Origin: Planctomycetota bacterium
Lineage (GTDB): Bacteria > Planctomycetota > UBA1135 > UBA2386
Reading direction: 5' to 3'
NCBI GenBank assembly: GCA_027621295.1
Contig: JAQCBR010000006.1
Location: 3,385-67,384 of the forward strand
DNA: 64,000 nt
The position numbers and the translations under genes are program-made. A model generated the notes under the pieces. The model was not told the DNA's origin. It saw only the letters and a list, made by a program, of their open reading frames with translations, and ran no database searches. Shown piece by piece: positions 9,148-17,432 of this stretch. How positions within the stretch are numbered: the stretch's first letter is position 1; each line of letters opens with the position of its first letter.

Positions 9148-9690
9148 TCAGGACGCGACGTGGCAGACGATCGCCTCGGCCGAGACGTCGAGTTCGACGC
9201 CTTCGGGGAGGCTCAGGTCCTTCGCGCGGATCTCCTCGTCCAGGTCGAGCGCGCCGACCTTGACCTCGATCTCGCGCGGCAGCGCCGCGGGCAGAGTCTT
9301 GATCTTGAGCCGCTGCATGTCGCGCATCAGCGCGCCACCCTTCGCGGCGCCCGTCGGGACACCGAGGAAGACCAGCTGGACTTCGGTGTGGATCGGCTTG
9401 TCGAGGGCGATGCGCAGGAAGTCGATGTGCATCGGCTCGTCGGTGAGCGCGTCGAGCTGCAGGTCCTGCAGGAAGACGGGCTGCTCGGCGCCTCCGGCGA
9501 CCTCGATGCGGAACACGCGGTGCCGGTGGCGGAGCTCGCGCTCGACGTCGCGGACGTCGAGGGAGACGTGCTCGGGCTCAGCGCCCATGCCGTAGACCAC
9601 AGCGGGCACGTGCCCCGCGGCGCGGACGTGCTTGATCGCCCGCTTGCCGATTTCCTGCCGCACCGAGGCGGCGATCTTGGTGACTTCCAT
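9148..9690 (-). CDS. rplY: 50S ribosomal protein L25 / general stress protein Ctc
   Basis: RAAGHVPAVVYGMGAEPEHVSLD...PMHIDFLRI. Inner ATG (MEVTKIAA) of track ORF 9148..9756. Confidence 0.85.
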   Translation of the reverse strand: MEVTKIAASVRQEIGKRAIKHVRAAGHVPAVVYGMGAEPEHVSLDVRDVERELRHRHRVFRIEVAGGAEQPVFLQDLQLDALTDEPMHIDFLRIALDKPIHTEVQLVFLGVPTGAAKGGALMRDMQRLKIKTLPAALPREIEVKVGALDLDEEIRAKDLSLPEGVELDVSAEAIVCHVAS

Positions 9691-9804
9691 GTCTTCTACT
9701 TCTCGGGTCCGTTCGGTCTCTTTGCCGCAGCCGCGGAGCGGCTGCCAAGTCAGCAACTGGCAGGCTGTAGACCGGTTCGGTCACAGCCTGTCAGGGAGCG
9801 GCGC

Positions 9805-10773
9805 TCATCGATCATCCTGATCACGCGCCGACGGCTCGAACAGCGAGCTCACGCTCTCGCTGCGGTGGATACGGTCGATGGCCCGCGCGAGGAGAGGAGC
9901 GACCGAGGCCTGCACGAGGCGCTTCGGACCCTCCGCGCGGAGCGGAATGGTGTCTGTGCAGAGGATCGTCTCCGCGGGGCAGTCGTCGAGCTTGGCGACC
10001 GCGTCGCCGCAGAGCACCGCGTGCGTCGCGACGATGAACACGCGGTTCGCGCCCTTCTCCTTGACGATCCGGGCCGCGTTGCTGATCGAACCACCGGTCG
10101 AGATCATGTCGTCGACGAGGACGACGTCCCGATCGCGGACGTCGCCGACCACGTTCTCGACCACGGTGTGGTTCCCGCTGACGCGGCGCTTGTCGACGAT
10201 CGCGAGGTCGGCCTTCAGCTCCTTCGCGTAGGCGCGGGCGAGCTTGGTGCCGCCGACGTCCGGCGAGACGACGATCGGGTTGACCGCGCCGAGTTCACGC
10301 ACCTTCTCCATCAGCACGGAGCGGGCGTAGAGGTGGTCGACGGGGATGTCGAAGAAGCCCTGGATCTGCGCGGCGTGCAGATCGACCGCGAGCACGCGGT
10401 TGGCGCCCGCCTCGGTGATCAGATTGGCGACGAGCTTCGCGTTGATCGGCACGCGGCCCTCGTCCTTCCGGTCCTTGCGGGCGTAGCCGAAGTACGGGAT
10501 CACCGCGGTGATCTTCTCGGCCGACGCGCGGCGCAGGCAGTCGATGAAGGACAGCAGCTCGAACAGATTGTCGTGGACCGGCGGGCAGGTCGGCTGCACG
10601 ACGAAGACGTCGGCGCCGCGGACGTCGCACTCGACCTTGAGGTTGAACTCGCCGTCGGGGAAGTCCTCGATCAGCGCCTCGCCGAGCGGCGCGCCCATGT
10701 GCGCGCAGATGTCGCGCGCCAGCTGGGGGTGCGCGCGGCCGGAGAAGACCCGGAGCCTCTCGCCTCGGTTCAC
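9805..10773 (-). CDS. prs: Ribose-phosphate pyrophosphokinase
   Basis: VIPYFGYARKDRK, VVLVDDMISTGGSI. GTG start overlaps the glmU stop (GTGA). Confidence 0.93.
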   Translation of the reverse strand: MNRGERLRVFSGRAHPQLARDICAHMGAPLGEALIEDFPDGEFNLKVECDVRGADVFVVQPTCPPVHDNLFELLSFIDCLRRASAEKITAVIPYFGYARKDRKDEGRVPINAKLVANLITEAGANRVLAVDLHAAQIQGFFDIPVDHLYARSVLMEKVRELGAVNPIVVSPDVGGTKLARAYAKELKADLAIVDKRRVSGNHTVVENVVGDVRDRDVVLVDDMISTGGSISNAARIVKEKGANRVFIVATHAVLCGDAVAKLDDCPAETILCTDTIPLRAEGPKRLVQASVAPLLARAIDRIHRSESVSSLFEPSARDQDDR

Positions 10774-12059
10774 GACTCGTCTCCTCCTGCTGCGTCGCCA
10801 GGAACAGGAACACCCAACCGCCGCGCGGGGACGCCGACCCAGGTCTCGCCTGCGCCGATCTCCGCGTTGCGGGTGACGATCGCGCCCGCGCCGGTCCGTG
10901 CGCCCGCGCCGACGTGCACCGGAGCGACCAGAACCGTGCCGCTGCCGACGAACGCGCCTTCACCGACGACGGTGCGGTGCTTGTTCTTGCCGTCGTAGTT
11001 GGCGGTGATCGTGCCGGCGCCGATGTTCGCCTTGGCGCCGATCTCCGCGTCGCCCAGGTAGGCGAGGTGCTTCGCCTTCGCGCCGGGGCCGAGGGTCGAC
11101 TTCTTGACCTCGACGAAGTTGCCGACCGCAGCGCCGTCCTCCAGCACCGCGCCGTCCCGCAGGTGCGCGAACGGGCCGACTTCGCAGCCGGAGCCGATCG
11201 TCACGCCGGTGCGGATCACGGTGTTCGGCAGCACGACCGTATCGGCACCGATCGTCACGCCGTGGTCGATCGTCGTCGTCGCCGGGTCCTCGATCAGCAC
11301 GCCTGCGGCGAGGTGCTGCTCGTGGATGCGGGTCTGCAGCACCGCGCGGGCTTCGGCGAGCTGGACCAGCGAGTTGACGCCGAGGGCCTCGGTCGGGTCC
11401 TCGCAGACCACCGACTCGACGGATTCGCCGGCTTCGAGCAGGTGGGCGACCGTATCGGTCAGGTAGAGCTCACCCTGCACGTTGTCGTCGGACAGCGCAG
11501 CCAGCGCCGGGCGGAGCCGCGCCGCGTCGTAGCAGTAGACGCCGACGTTGATCTCGTCGATCGCCCGCTCCTCTTCGGAGCAGTCGCGGTCCTCGCGGAT
11601 GCCGCGGAGCTGGAAGTCCTCGTCGCGGAGGATGCGCCCGAGGCCCGCGACGTCGTCGGGGAACGCTGTCAGGATCGACGCCGCGTGGCCGGCCGCCGCG
11701 TCCCGGAGCTCCGCGTAGGTGCCGGCCGAGAGGAGCGGCATGTCGCCGTAGCAGATCAGCACGTCGCCGTCGAAGCCCTCGAGGGCCTGCATCGCGACCT
11801 GGACCGCGTGGCCGGTGCCGCGCGGCTCGCCCTGGTCGACGATCGTCAGTCCGGGGCGGTCAGCCAGCGTCGCCTCGACGCGGTCCTTCTGGTGGTGCAG
11901 GACCACGACCGTACGCGCCGGACCCAGCTCGCCCACCTCATCGAGGACGGTGGCGAGGAGCGTGCGACCGCAGATCGGCAGCAACACCTTGGGCAGACTG
12001 ACCTTGGTGCGCGTGCCCTTGCCTGCGGCCAGTACGACGACGGCGAGCGGACGGGACAT
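10770..12059 (-). CDS. glmU: Bifunctional UDP-N-acetylglucosamine pyrophosphorylase / GlcN-1-P acetyltransferase
   Basis: VVLAAGKGTRTKVSLPKVL, hexapeptide-repeat C-terminus with NYDGKNKHRT. Inner ATG (MSRPLAVVVL) of track ORF 10770..12125. Confidence 0.92.
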   Translation of the reverse strand: MSRPLAVVVLAAGKGTRTKVSLPKVLLPICGRTLLATVLDEVGELGPARTVVVLHHQKDRVEATLADRPGLTIVDQGEPRGTGHAVQVAMQALEGFDGDVLICYGDMPLLSAGTYAELRDAAAGHAASILTAFPDDVAGLGRILRDEDFQLRGIREDRDCSEEERAIDEINVGVYCYDAARLRPALAALSDDNVQGELYLTDTVAHLLEAGESVESVVCEDPTEALGVNSLVQLAEARAVLQTRIHEQHLAAGVLIEDPATTTIDHGVTIGADTVVLPNTVIRTGVTIGSGCEVGPFAHLRDGAVLEDGAAVGNFVEVKKSTLGPGAKAKHLAYLGDAEIGAKANIGAGTITANYDGKNKHRTVVGEGAFVGSGTVLVAPVHVGAGARTGAGAIVTRNAEIGAGETWVGVPARRLGVPVPGDAAGGDES

Positions 12060-12096
12060 GGACTCCGCCTGGGGGAGCGGCGGAAAAGGGGCGAGG

Positions 12097-12125
12097 ATTG
12101 TGCGAATCCGACGGGGGCTGGTCAA
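12097..12125 (-). promoter_or_regulatory. Candidate sigma70-type promoter upstream of glmU
   Basis: On the minus strand, TTGACC (12125-12120), a 17-nt spacer, then CACAAT (12102-12097), about 40 nt upstream of the glmU ATG. Motif match only. Confidence 0.3.
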
Positions 12126-12179
12126 GGTGAATCAGCGCCCGGGAGACGGAGGTCGGTTCCGCCCCGCCGCATCCGCGCG

Positions 12180-14366
12180 TCAGACCGGACGGTCGCCGCG
12201 ACGCCAGTCCTTGTAGCGGCCGTGCCACCGGGTCAGCCGGGTGAACAGTGGCCCGAGGAGCCGTCCGAACGCGGTATCCGCGTCGGTGAAGCCCCCGAAC
12301 GCCCGGCTCGCGCGGTCGACCCGGCGGGCCGTGAGTTCGGGCCGCTCCCAGAACTCGGGCCGCCCCCCGAGCGCCGAGAGCAGCGCCCCGACGCCCCAGC
12401 CATGGGCGAGGGTCGTCAGGACCTCCCGCTCGTCGGAGCCGTCACCGGGCGGCAGGTGGCGCTCGATCAGGAGCCCCAGGAGGTCGAGGTGCCGGGACCA
12501 GGCCTGCTCGTCCATCATCGACCCGGCGCGGACCTGGTAGTCGTAGAGCACCCGCGGCACCCGCTCGGTGTGCAGGCCGAGACGAGCGAGGTCGAGCCAG
12601 AGCGCCCAGTCCGAGTAGACGTCCACGACCGAGTCGTAGCGAAGGCCGTGTTCGTGGAAGACCTCGCGCCGGAACATCGCGCCGGCATCGCCGAGTGAGT
12701 TCCGGAAGATCGACAGCGCGCGGTCGAACGGCAGCGGCTGCACGATCGCGACCGTGGAGCCCGATGCACCGTCGAAGACCCGGAAGCGCGGCGCGATCGC
12801 CGAAGCCTCGGGCACGCGGGAGAACACGTCGACCCCGATCGACGTGTAGTCACGGCGCAGCAGGTTGTCGGCGTCGAGGCAGAGCACGAAGTCGCCGTCG
12901 ACCTGCTCGACCGCCATGTTCCGCGCCGTGGCCAGCCCGCCGTTCTCCTTGTGCAACACCCGGACGCGCGCGTCCTTGGCGGCGACCGCGTCGAGGATCT
13001 GCGCTGCGTCCGGCCGCGGAGAGCCGTCGTTCACGACGAGGATCTCGAGGTCCGGGTGCTCCTGTGCCAGCGCGGAGTCGACCGCCGCCCCGACTGTGGC
13101 CAGGCCTTCGCGGTAGTACGGAACCACGATCGACACCCGCTGCCTGCCCCTGCTGATCGCAGGTGCTCGGCCTCGGCCTCGATGCCGGGCGACGACACCC
13201 TCGATCGCGGCCACGTAGCGGGCCGGATCGGCGAGTTCCCGGATGCGCCGCGCCGCTGCGGCACCGATGACGTCGAGCCGGTCCAGGGCTCCGCCCAGCT
13301 CATCGCGCACCACGCGGACGATGTCCGCGGAGTCGCAGCCGTCGACCAGGAACCCGCTGGTGCCCGGCTCGATCATCTCGCCCATGCCGCCGTCGCGCCC
13401 GCCGATCACGACGCGCGCCTCGGCCATCGACTCGATGCACGTGTTCGGCCAGTTCTCCCAGGTCGAGGGCAGCACGACGACATCCGCGTTCCGCAGCTTG
13501 GCGAGCATCGCGTCGCGGGGCAGCGGCGGCGTGAACGTCACGTTGGGGCCTGCACGCCGCTCCAGGAACGCGAGCTCGCTGGTCGCGCCAGGAGCCGTGT
13601 TGCCGTCGCGGCCGACGCACTCGAGGCGCAGCTCGGGCATCTGTCGGAACGCGTCGACCAGCTGCCTGACGCCCTTCCGCGGCTCGAGCCGCCCGAAGTA
13701 GAGGAAGCGGAGGTCTTCGAGCCGCCGCCCGGCCTCCGGCGGCTCGGGCAGCTCCGCCGGCAGGTGCATCGGGTAGCGGATCACCTCGGCGAAGTCGGAC
13801 GGGAGCCCGAGCCGGGTGCCGACCATCTCCTTGAGACGGGTCGAGGGCGACCAGACCACCGGGGCCCTGCGGATGGCCTCGTGCTCGAGCACGGCCACCT
13901 CGCGCTCCGAGGGGCCCATCGCGTGCAGCGTCTCGTTGAACTTCGCGACCTCGAAGGTCGGGGAGTGCAACACCACCGCCACGACCGCGTCGCCGAGGCT
14001 GCCGAAGAGCCGCTGCTCGAGCACCGCCTGGAAGCCCGCGGCGCCGTAGTCGGCCAACTCGACGTAGTCGAACGCGGCGCCGCTCTCCCGCAGCGCGTCG
14101 AAGGCGAGCTGCGAGAACCAGAGCGCGCGCCGCCCGAACGCGAACCGGACGTCCTCTCGGGGCGTCTTCGCGTCCTCGGCGAACAGCACCCGCGTGAACG
14201 CAGGGTGCCGGCGCAGCTCAGCCTGCCGCGACCGATCGGGCGCCCCGGTCACGAGCCAGACCTCGTGCCCGGCCGCGGTGAGCGCCTTGCCGGCCTCGAC
14301 CACGTAGGTCCCGATCCCGCCGCCGTGGAACCCGGCGACCTCGGTGCTGACGAGCGCGATCCTCAT
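12180..14366 (-). CDS. Fused glycosyltransferase: N-terminal GT4 (GT-B) plus C-terminal GT2 (GT-A), 728 aa
   Basis: GT4 part: MRIALVSTEVAGFHGGGIGTYV ... VVVLPSTWENWPNTCIESMAEARVVIG. GT2 part from about 13080 downward: VSIVVPYYREGLATVGAAVDSALAQEHPDLEILVVNDGS ... LCLDADN. Confidence 0.8.
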   Translation of the reverse strand: MRIALVSTEVAGFHGGGIGTYVVEAGKALTAAGHEVWLVTGAPDRSRQAELRRHPAFTRVLFAEDAKTPREDVRFAFGRRALWFSQLAFDALRESGAAFDYVELADYGAAGFQAVLEQRLFGSLGDAVVAVVLHSPTFEVAKFNETLHAMGPSEREVAVLEHEAIRRAPVVWSPSTRLKEMVGTRLGLPSDFAEVIRYPMHLPAELPEPPEAGRRLEDLRFLYFGRLEPRKGVRQLVDAFRQMPELRLECVGRDGNTAPGATSELAFLERRAGPNVTFTPPLPRDAMLAKLRNADVVVLPSTWENWPNTCIESMAEARVVIGGRDGGMGEMIEPGTSGFLVDGCDSADIVRVVRDELGGALDRLDVIGAAAARRIRELADPARYVAAIEGVVARHRGRGRAPAISRGRQRVSIVVPYYREGLATVGAAVDSALAQEHPDLEILVVNDGSPRPDAAQILDAVAAKDARVRVLHKENGGLATARNMAVEQVDGDFVLCLDADNLLRRDYTSIGVDVFSRVPEASAIAPRFRVFDGASGSTVAIVQPLPFDRALSIFRNSLGDAGAMFRREVFHEHGLRYDSVVDVYSDWALWLDLARLGLHTERVPRVLYDYQVRAGSMMDEQAWSRHLDLLGLLIERHLPPGDGSDEREVLTTLAHGWGVGALLSALGGRPEFWERPELTARRVDRASRAFGGFTDADTAFGRLLGPLFTRLTRWHGRYKDWRRGDRPV

Positions 14367-14454
14367 GGACTGGAGCTTGTTGTATCGGCCGGAAACCGGG
14401 CTCGTATCGAGAGTTTCGACGACCGGACCGCAACCGGGCCCGCGTCCCACCCCC

Positions 14455-15342
14455 CTACCTCGCCGGGTGGGTGAGGCTCGACAGCGCTCCCGCGAGGTAG
14501 CCCGCGTGGCGGTGCCGCCGCAGATCGCGCTTCCGCAGCCAGCCGGCGACGTGGCGCGGGATGCGGAGCAGCACCGCAGCCCGTCCGCGGTGCACGCGGT
14601 CGAACAGCACCTCCGAGCGCCCCTGCCAGTGGCTCCGCCGCTCGAACCAGGCCCGGTCGAGCCGGCCGCCGGGCACCAGGTGGTCGACGCCTGCCGCGGG
14701 CACGTAGCCGACCCGGTGCCCCTTCTCGGCGAGCCTGTGGATCAGCTCGATCTCCGAGTGGCTGAGCAGACAGCTGCCCTTGCGCCCGAAGTCCTCGGAG
14801 AACCGGGTGCCGTCCGCGAAGGCCGCCCGGCGGTAGGCCATGTTCGCGCCCCGCGGGAAGTCGGGGTAGCACAGGTCGTGGGGCTCGTCGCCCCGCTCGA
14901 ACCCGCTGAGCCAGGTCTCCATCTGCGCGTCGATCCAGTCCGGCCGGTCGACGAGGTAGCGCAGGCGAACGCGACCGCCGGCGACCGAGAGCCCCGGATC
15001 GGCGGCGAACGCATCCCGGTACGCGCGGAGCCAGCCCGGATCGGCGATCGCGTCGTCGTCGAGGTAGGCGAGGATCGCGCCGCGCGCGTGGGCGAGACTG
15101 CAGTTCCGCGCGGACGACTCGCCGACCCGCTCCTCGCGCACGTAGCGGACCCGGTCGGGGTGCGAGGCGGCGAGGCCCCGCAGCACCGCGGCGGCCGCTG
15201 GCCGGGAGCCGTTGTCGATCAGCAGGATCTCGAACGTCTGCGGGTCCAGGTCCTGCTCGAGCAGCGATCGGACCGCGAGTTCGACTTCGGGGCCCCGATC
15301 GAGCGTGCAGATCACGGCGGAGAGCTCGAGCGAGGCGGGCAT
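14455..15342 (-). CDS. Family 2 glycosyltransferase (295 aa)
   Basis: LSAVICTLDRGPEVELAVRSLLEQ ... ILLIDNGS ... AYLDDDA. Inner ATG (MPASLELS) of track ORF 14455..15597. Confidence 0.8.
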   Translation of the reverse strand: MPASLELSAVICTLDRGPEVELAVRSLLEQDLDPQTFEILLIDNGSRPAAAAVLRGLAASHPDRVRYVREERVGESSARNCSLAHARGAILAYLDDDAIADPGWLRAYRDAFAADPGLSVAGGRVRLRYLVDRPDWIDAQMETWLSGFERGDEPHDLCYPDFPRGANMAYRRAAFADGTRFSEDFGRKGSCLLSHSEIELIHRLAEKGHRVGYVPAAGVDHLVPGGRLDRAWFERRSHWQGRSEVLFDRVHRGRAAVLLRIPRHVAGWLRKRDLRRHRHAGYLAGALSSLTHPAR

Positions 15343-15463
15343 GGGCGCGCGGAAGGGTAGCACGCGGAGTCGGACCGGGCGCGGCGTACGCTCGACCGGA
15401 ACCGCGCTGCGGACCAGCGTTTCTCGGCCCGGGACCACGTCCGACCGGGTCGGATTCCTGGCC

Positions 15464-15492
15464 TGCACATCGGCTTCTTCTTGGACTAGACT
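15464..15492 (+). promoter_or_regulatory. Weak sigma70-like promoter candidate upstream of the NHL/NIDO-like gene
   Basis: TGCACA, 17-nt spacer, TAGACT, in the least GC-rich part of the 266-nt divergent spacer. Motif match only. Confidence 0.2.
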
Positions 15493-15608
15493 TGGCGGCG
15501 CGTCGATGCGATCGACGGCGGGGTCTGCTCCAAGCGCTGCTTCCCGCGCGCTCTCCTCCCCCGCAACGCTTCGAAGCTCAGGTCCCTGTCCAACCAACGT
15601 TACGACTG

Positions 15609-17336
15609 ATGCTCCACACCTCCCTGCGGGCGATCACGCCCCTCATCCTGGCCGCCGGGCTCACCGCCCAGGCTGGCTCCTATCTCGGCTCGATCCCCTC
15701 TCCGGCGGGTGCGACCCCGATCGGTCTCGGGGCGGCCCCGACCGGTGAGCTCCTGCTGACCGCGACCGGCGGCGTCCTCTACCGCATGGACACCGCGGGC
15801 AACGTCCTCGCACAGCTCACGCTGTCGAACACGGGCTCCGCGAACGGCGCGACCAGCGACGGGGTCAACCTCTACGTCACCGACTCCAACGCGACGCGCG
15901 GCAAGGGCATCGACGTCTACGACGCGGCGGGCAACTACATCCAGACCTTCGCGACGACCGCGTTCTTCCCGGCCGGCATCGCGTGGAGCCCGATGAACAA
16001 CCACCTCTACATGGTGGACCGCGTCGGCGCCCAGGTCTTCGAGTACGACACCGCGGGCAACCAGGTCGCCCTCTACCCGCTGCAGGCGCAGCAGAACGAC
16101 GGCATCGGCTACGACATCCAGACGAACTCGTTCTGGGTCTACGAGCTGACCGGCGACCAGATCGTCAACTACGACGCGCAGTTCCAGACGCTCCAGATGT
16201 TCCCGGGCACGCAGTCGTCGCCGCTCGGCGCGCTGGGCCGTGGCGCCACCTTCGTCGGTGGCCTGATCTACGTCGTCGTGCAGAGCGCCCGTCAGGTCGC
16301 CATCTTCGACGCGACGGGCACGTCCGCGGCGGTCAACTCCTACGGCAACGGCTGCCCCCTCCCGGGCTGCTTCTACGAGCAGTTCACGACGCCGGGCTCC
16401 AGCGACCTCTCGGGCCGCGCCTTCACCTTCCGCTCGAACGGCCCGCGCGGCTGGGCGGCGACGGTCGGCGGCACGTTCGAGACGAACATCGGCCCTGGCC
16501 TGAACCACGTCGACGACCAGATCGACCGCGCCGTGCCGCTCGGCTTCAACTTCCCCGTCGTCGGCAGCTCGGTCGGCACGACCAACGCGATCGACATCTC
16601 GTCGAACGGCTGGGTGTCGTTCATCCCGAACGAGATCCCGGACACCGGCTTCTACGTCGGCGCGACCGGTGACAAGTTCATCCAGTACGCGCGCATCGCG
16701 ACGTGGTGGGACGACCTCGACCCGTCGGTCGCGGGCGACACGCACTTCACGACGCTGTCGAACCCGACCCGCGCGGTCATCACCTGGAACGGCGTCCCGC
16801 AGTTCGGCGCGACCCCGCCGGACAGCAACACGATCCAGCTGCAGCTCTACCCGAACGGTGACTGGACGATCATCTACCAGGCCGGCTGCGTCGACGAAGC
16901 GATCACCGGCTGGTCGTCGGGCGCGGTCCCGACCGATCCGGGCTCGCTCGACTTCACGGCCTCGATCCCGCGGATCTTCGGTCCCTACGGCGCGACGCTG
17001 ACGGTCAGCGCGACACGCCCGATCCTCGGCACGGCGCTGGCCTACCAGGTCACCAACATCCCGACCGGCACGGCGTTCGCCTCCCTGCTGTTCGGCACGG
17101 CGCAGGTCTCGAACCCGCTCGACCCGATCGGCGTCACCGGCTGCACGCTGCTCTGCAGCGCGGACGTGGGCAACCTTCCGATCAGCCTCGCAACCGGACA
17201 GACCGGCTTCCCGGTGCCGAACAACCCGGCGCTCGCCGGTGCGACGCTGTTCAACCAGGCGCTCGCGGCGACCCCGGGCTTCAACCCGGCCGGGATCATC
17301 CTGTCGAACGGTATCCAGCTCCGCCTCGGCAACTGA
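15609..17336 (+). CDS. Exported multidomain protein: NHL-type beta-propeller repeats, NIDO-like middle domain, C-terminal beta-rich module
   Basis: Signal peptide MLHTSLRAITPLILAAGLTAQA. Four NHL-like repeats (LYVTDSN..IDVYDAAGN; LYMVDRVGAQVFEYDTAGN; FWVYELTGDQIVNYD; IYVVVQSARQVAIFD). The NIDO-like pattern is FNFPVVGSS...ISSNGWVSF...IATWWDDLDP...AVITWNGVPQFG...NTIQLQLYPNGDWTIIY. Confidence 0.75.
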   Translation: MLHTSLRAITPLILAAGLTAQAGSYLGSIPSPAGATPIGLGAAPTGELLLTATGGVLYRMDTAGNVLAQLTLSNTGSANGATSDGVNLYVTDSNATRGKGIDVYDAAGNYIQTFATTAFFPAGIAWSPMNNHLYMVDRVGAQVFEYDTAGNQVALYPLQAQQNDGIGYDIQTNSFWVYELTGDQIVNYDAQFQTLQMFPGTQSSPLGALGRGATFVGGLIYVVVQSARQVAIFDATGTSAAVNSYGNGCPLPGCFYEQFTTPGSSDLSGRAFTFRSNGPRGWAATVGGTFETNIGPGLNHVDDQIDRAVPLGFNFPVVGSSVGTTNAIDISSNGWVSFIPNEIPDTGFYVGATGDKFIQYARIATWWDDLDPSVAGDTHFTTLSNPTRAVITWNGVPQFGATPPDSNTIQLQLYPNGDWTIIYQAGCVDEAITGWSSGAVPTDPGSLDFTASIPRIFGPYGATLTVSATRPILGTALAYQVTNIPTGTAFASLLFGTAQVSNPLDPIGVTGCTLLCSADVGNLPISLATGQTGFPVPNNPALAGATLFNQALAATPGFNPAGIILSNGIQLRLGN

Positions 17337-17349
17337 TCGACACGGGCAG

Positions 17350-17369
17350 AGCGGCCGTTCGCGGCCGCT
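17350..17369. terminator. Hairpin in convergent spacer (7-bp stem AGCGGCC/GGCCGCT, 6-nt loop)
   Basis: Read directly from the sequence. Lies between convergent stops at 17336 and 17433. No U-tract. Confidence 0.4.
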
Positions 17370-17379
17370 TCCCCACAGC

Positions 17380-17408
17380 GGGGTCGGATCGCAGCGCGGT
17401 CCGACCCC
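17380..17408. terminator. Hairpin in convergent spacer (9-bp stem GGGGTCGGA/TCCGACCCC, 11-nt loop)
   Basis: Read directly from the sequence. Second stem-loop in the same 96-nt convergent spacer. Confidence 0.45.
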
Positions 17409-17432
17409 GTTCGCGTTGGGGGCCGGTCGAAG

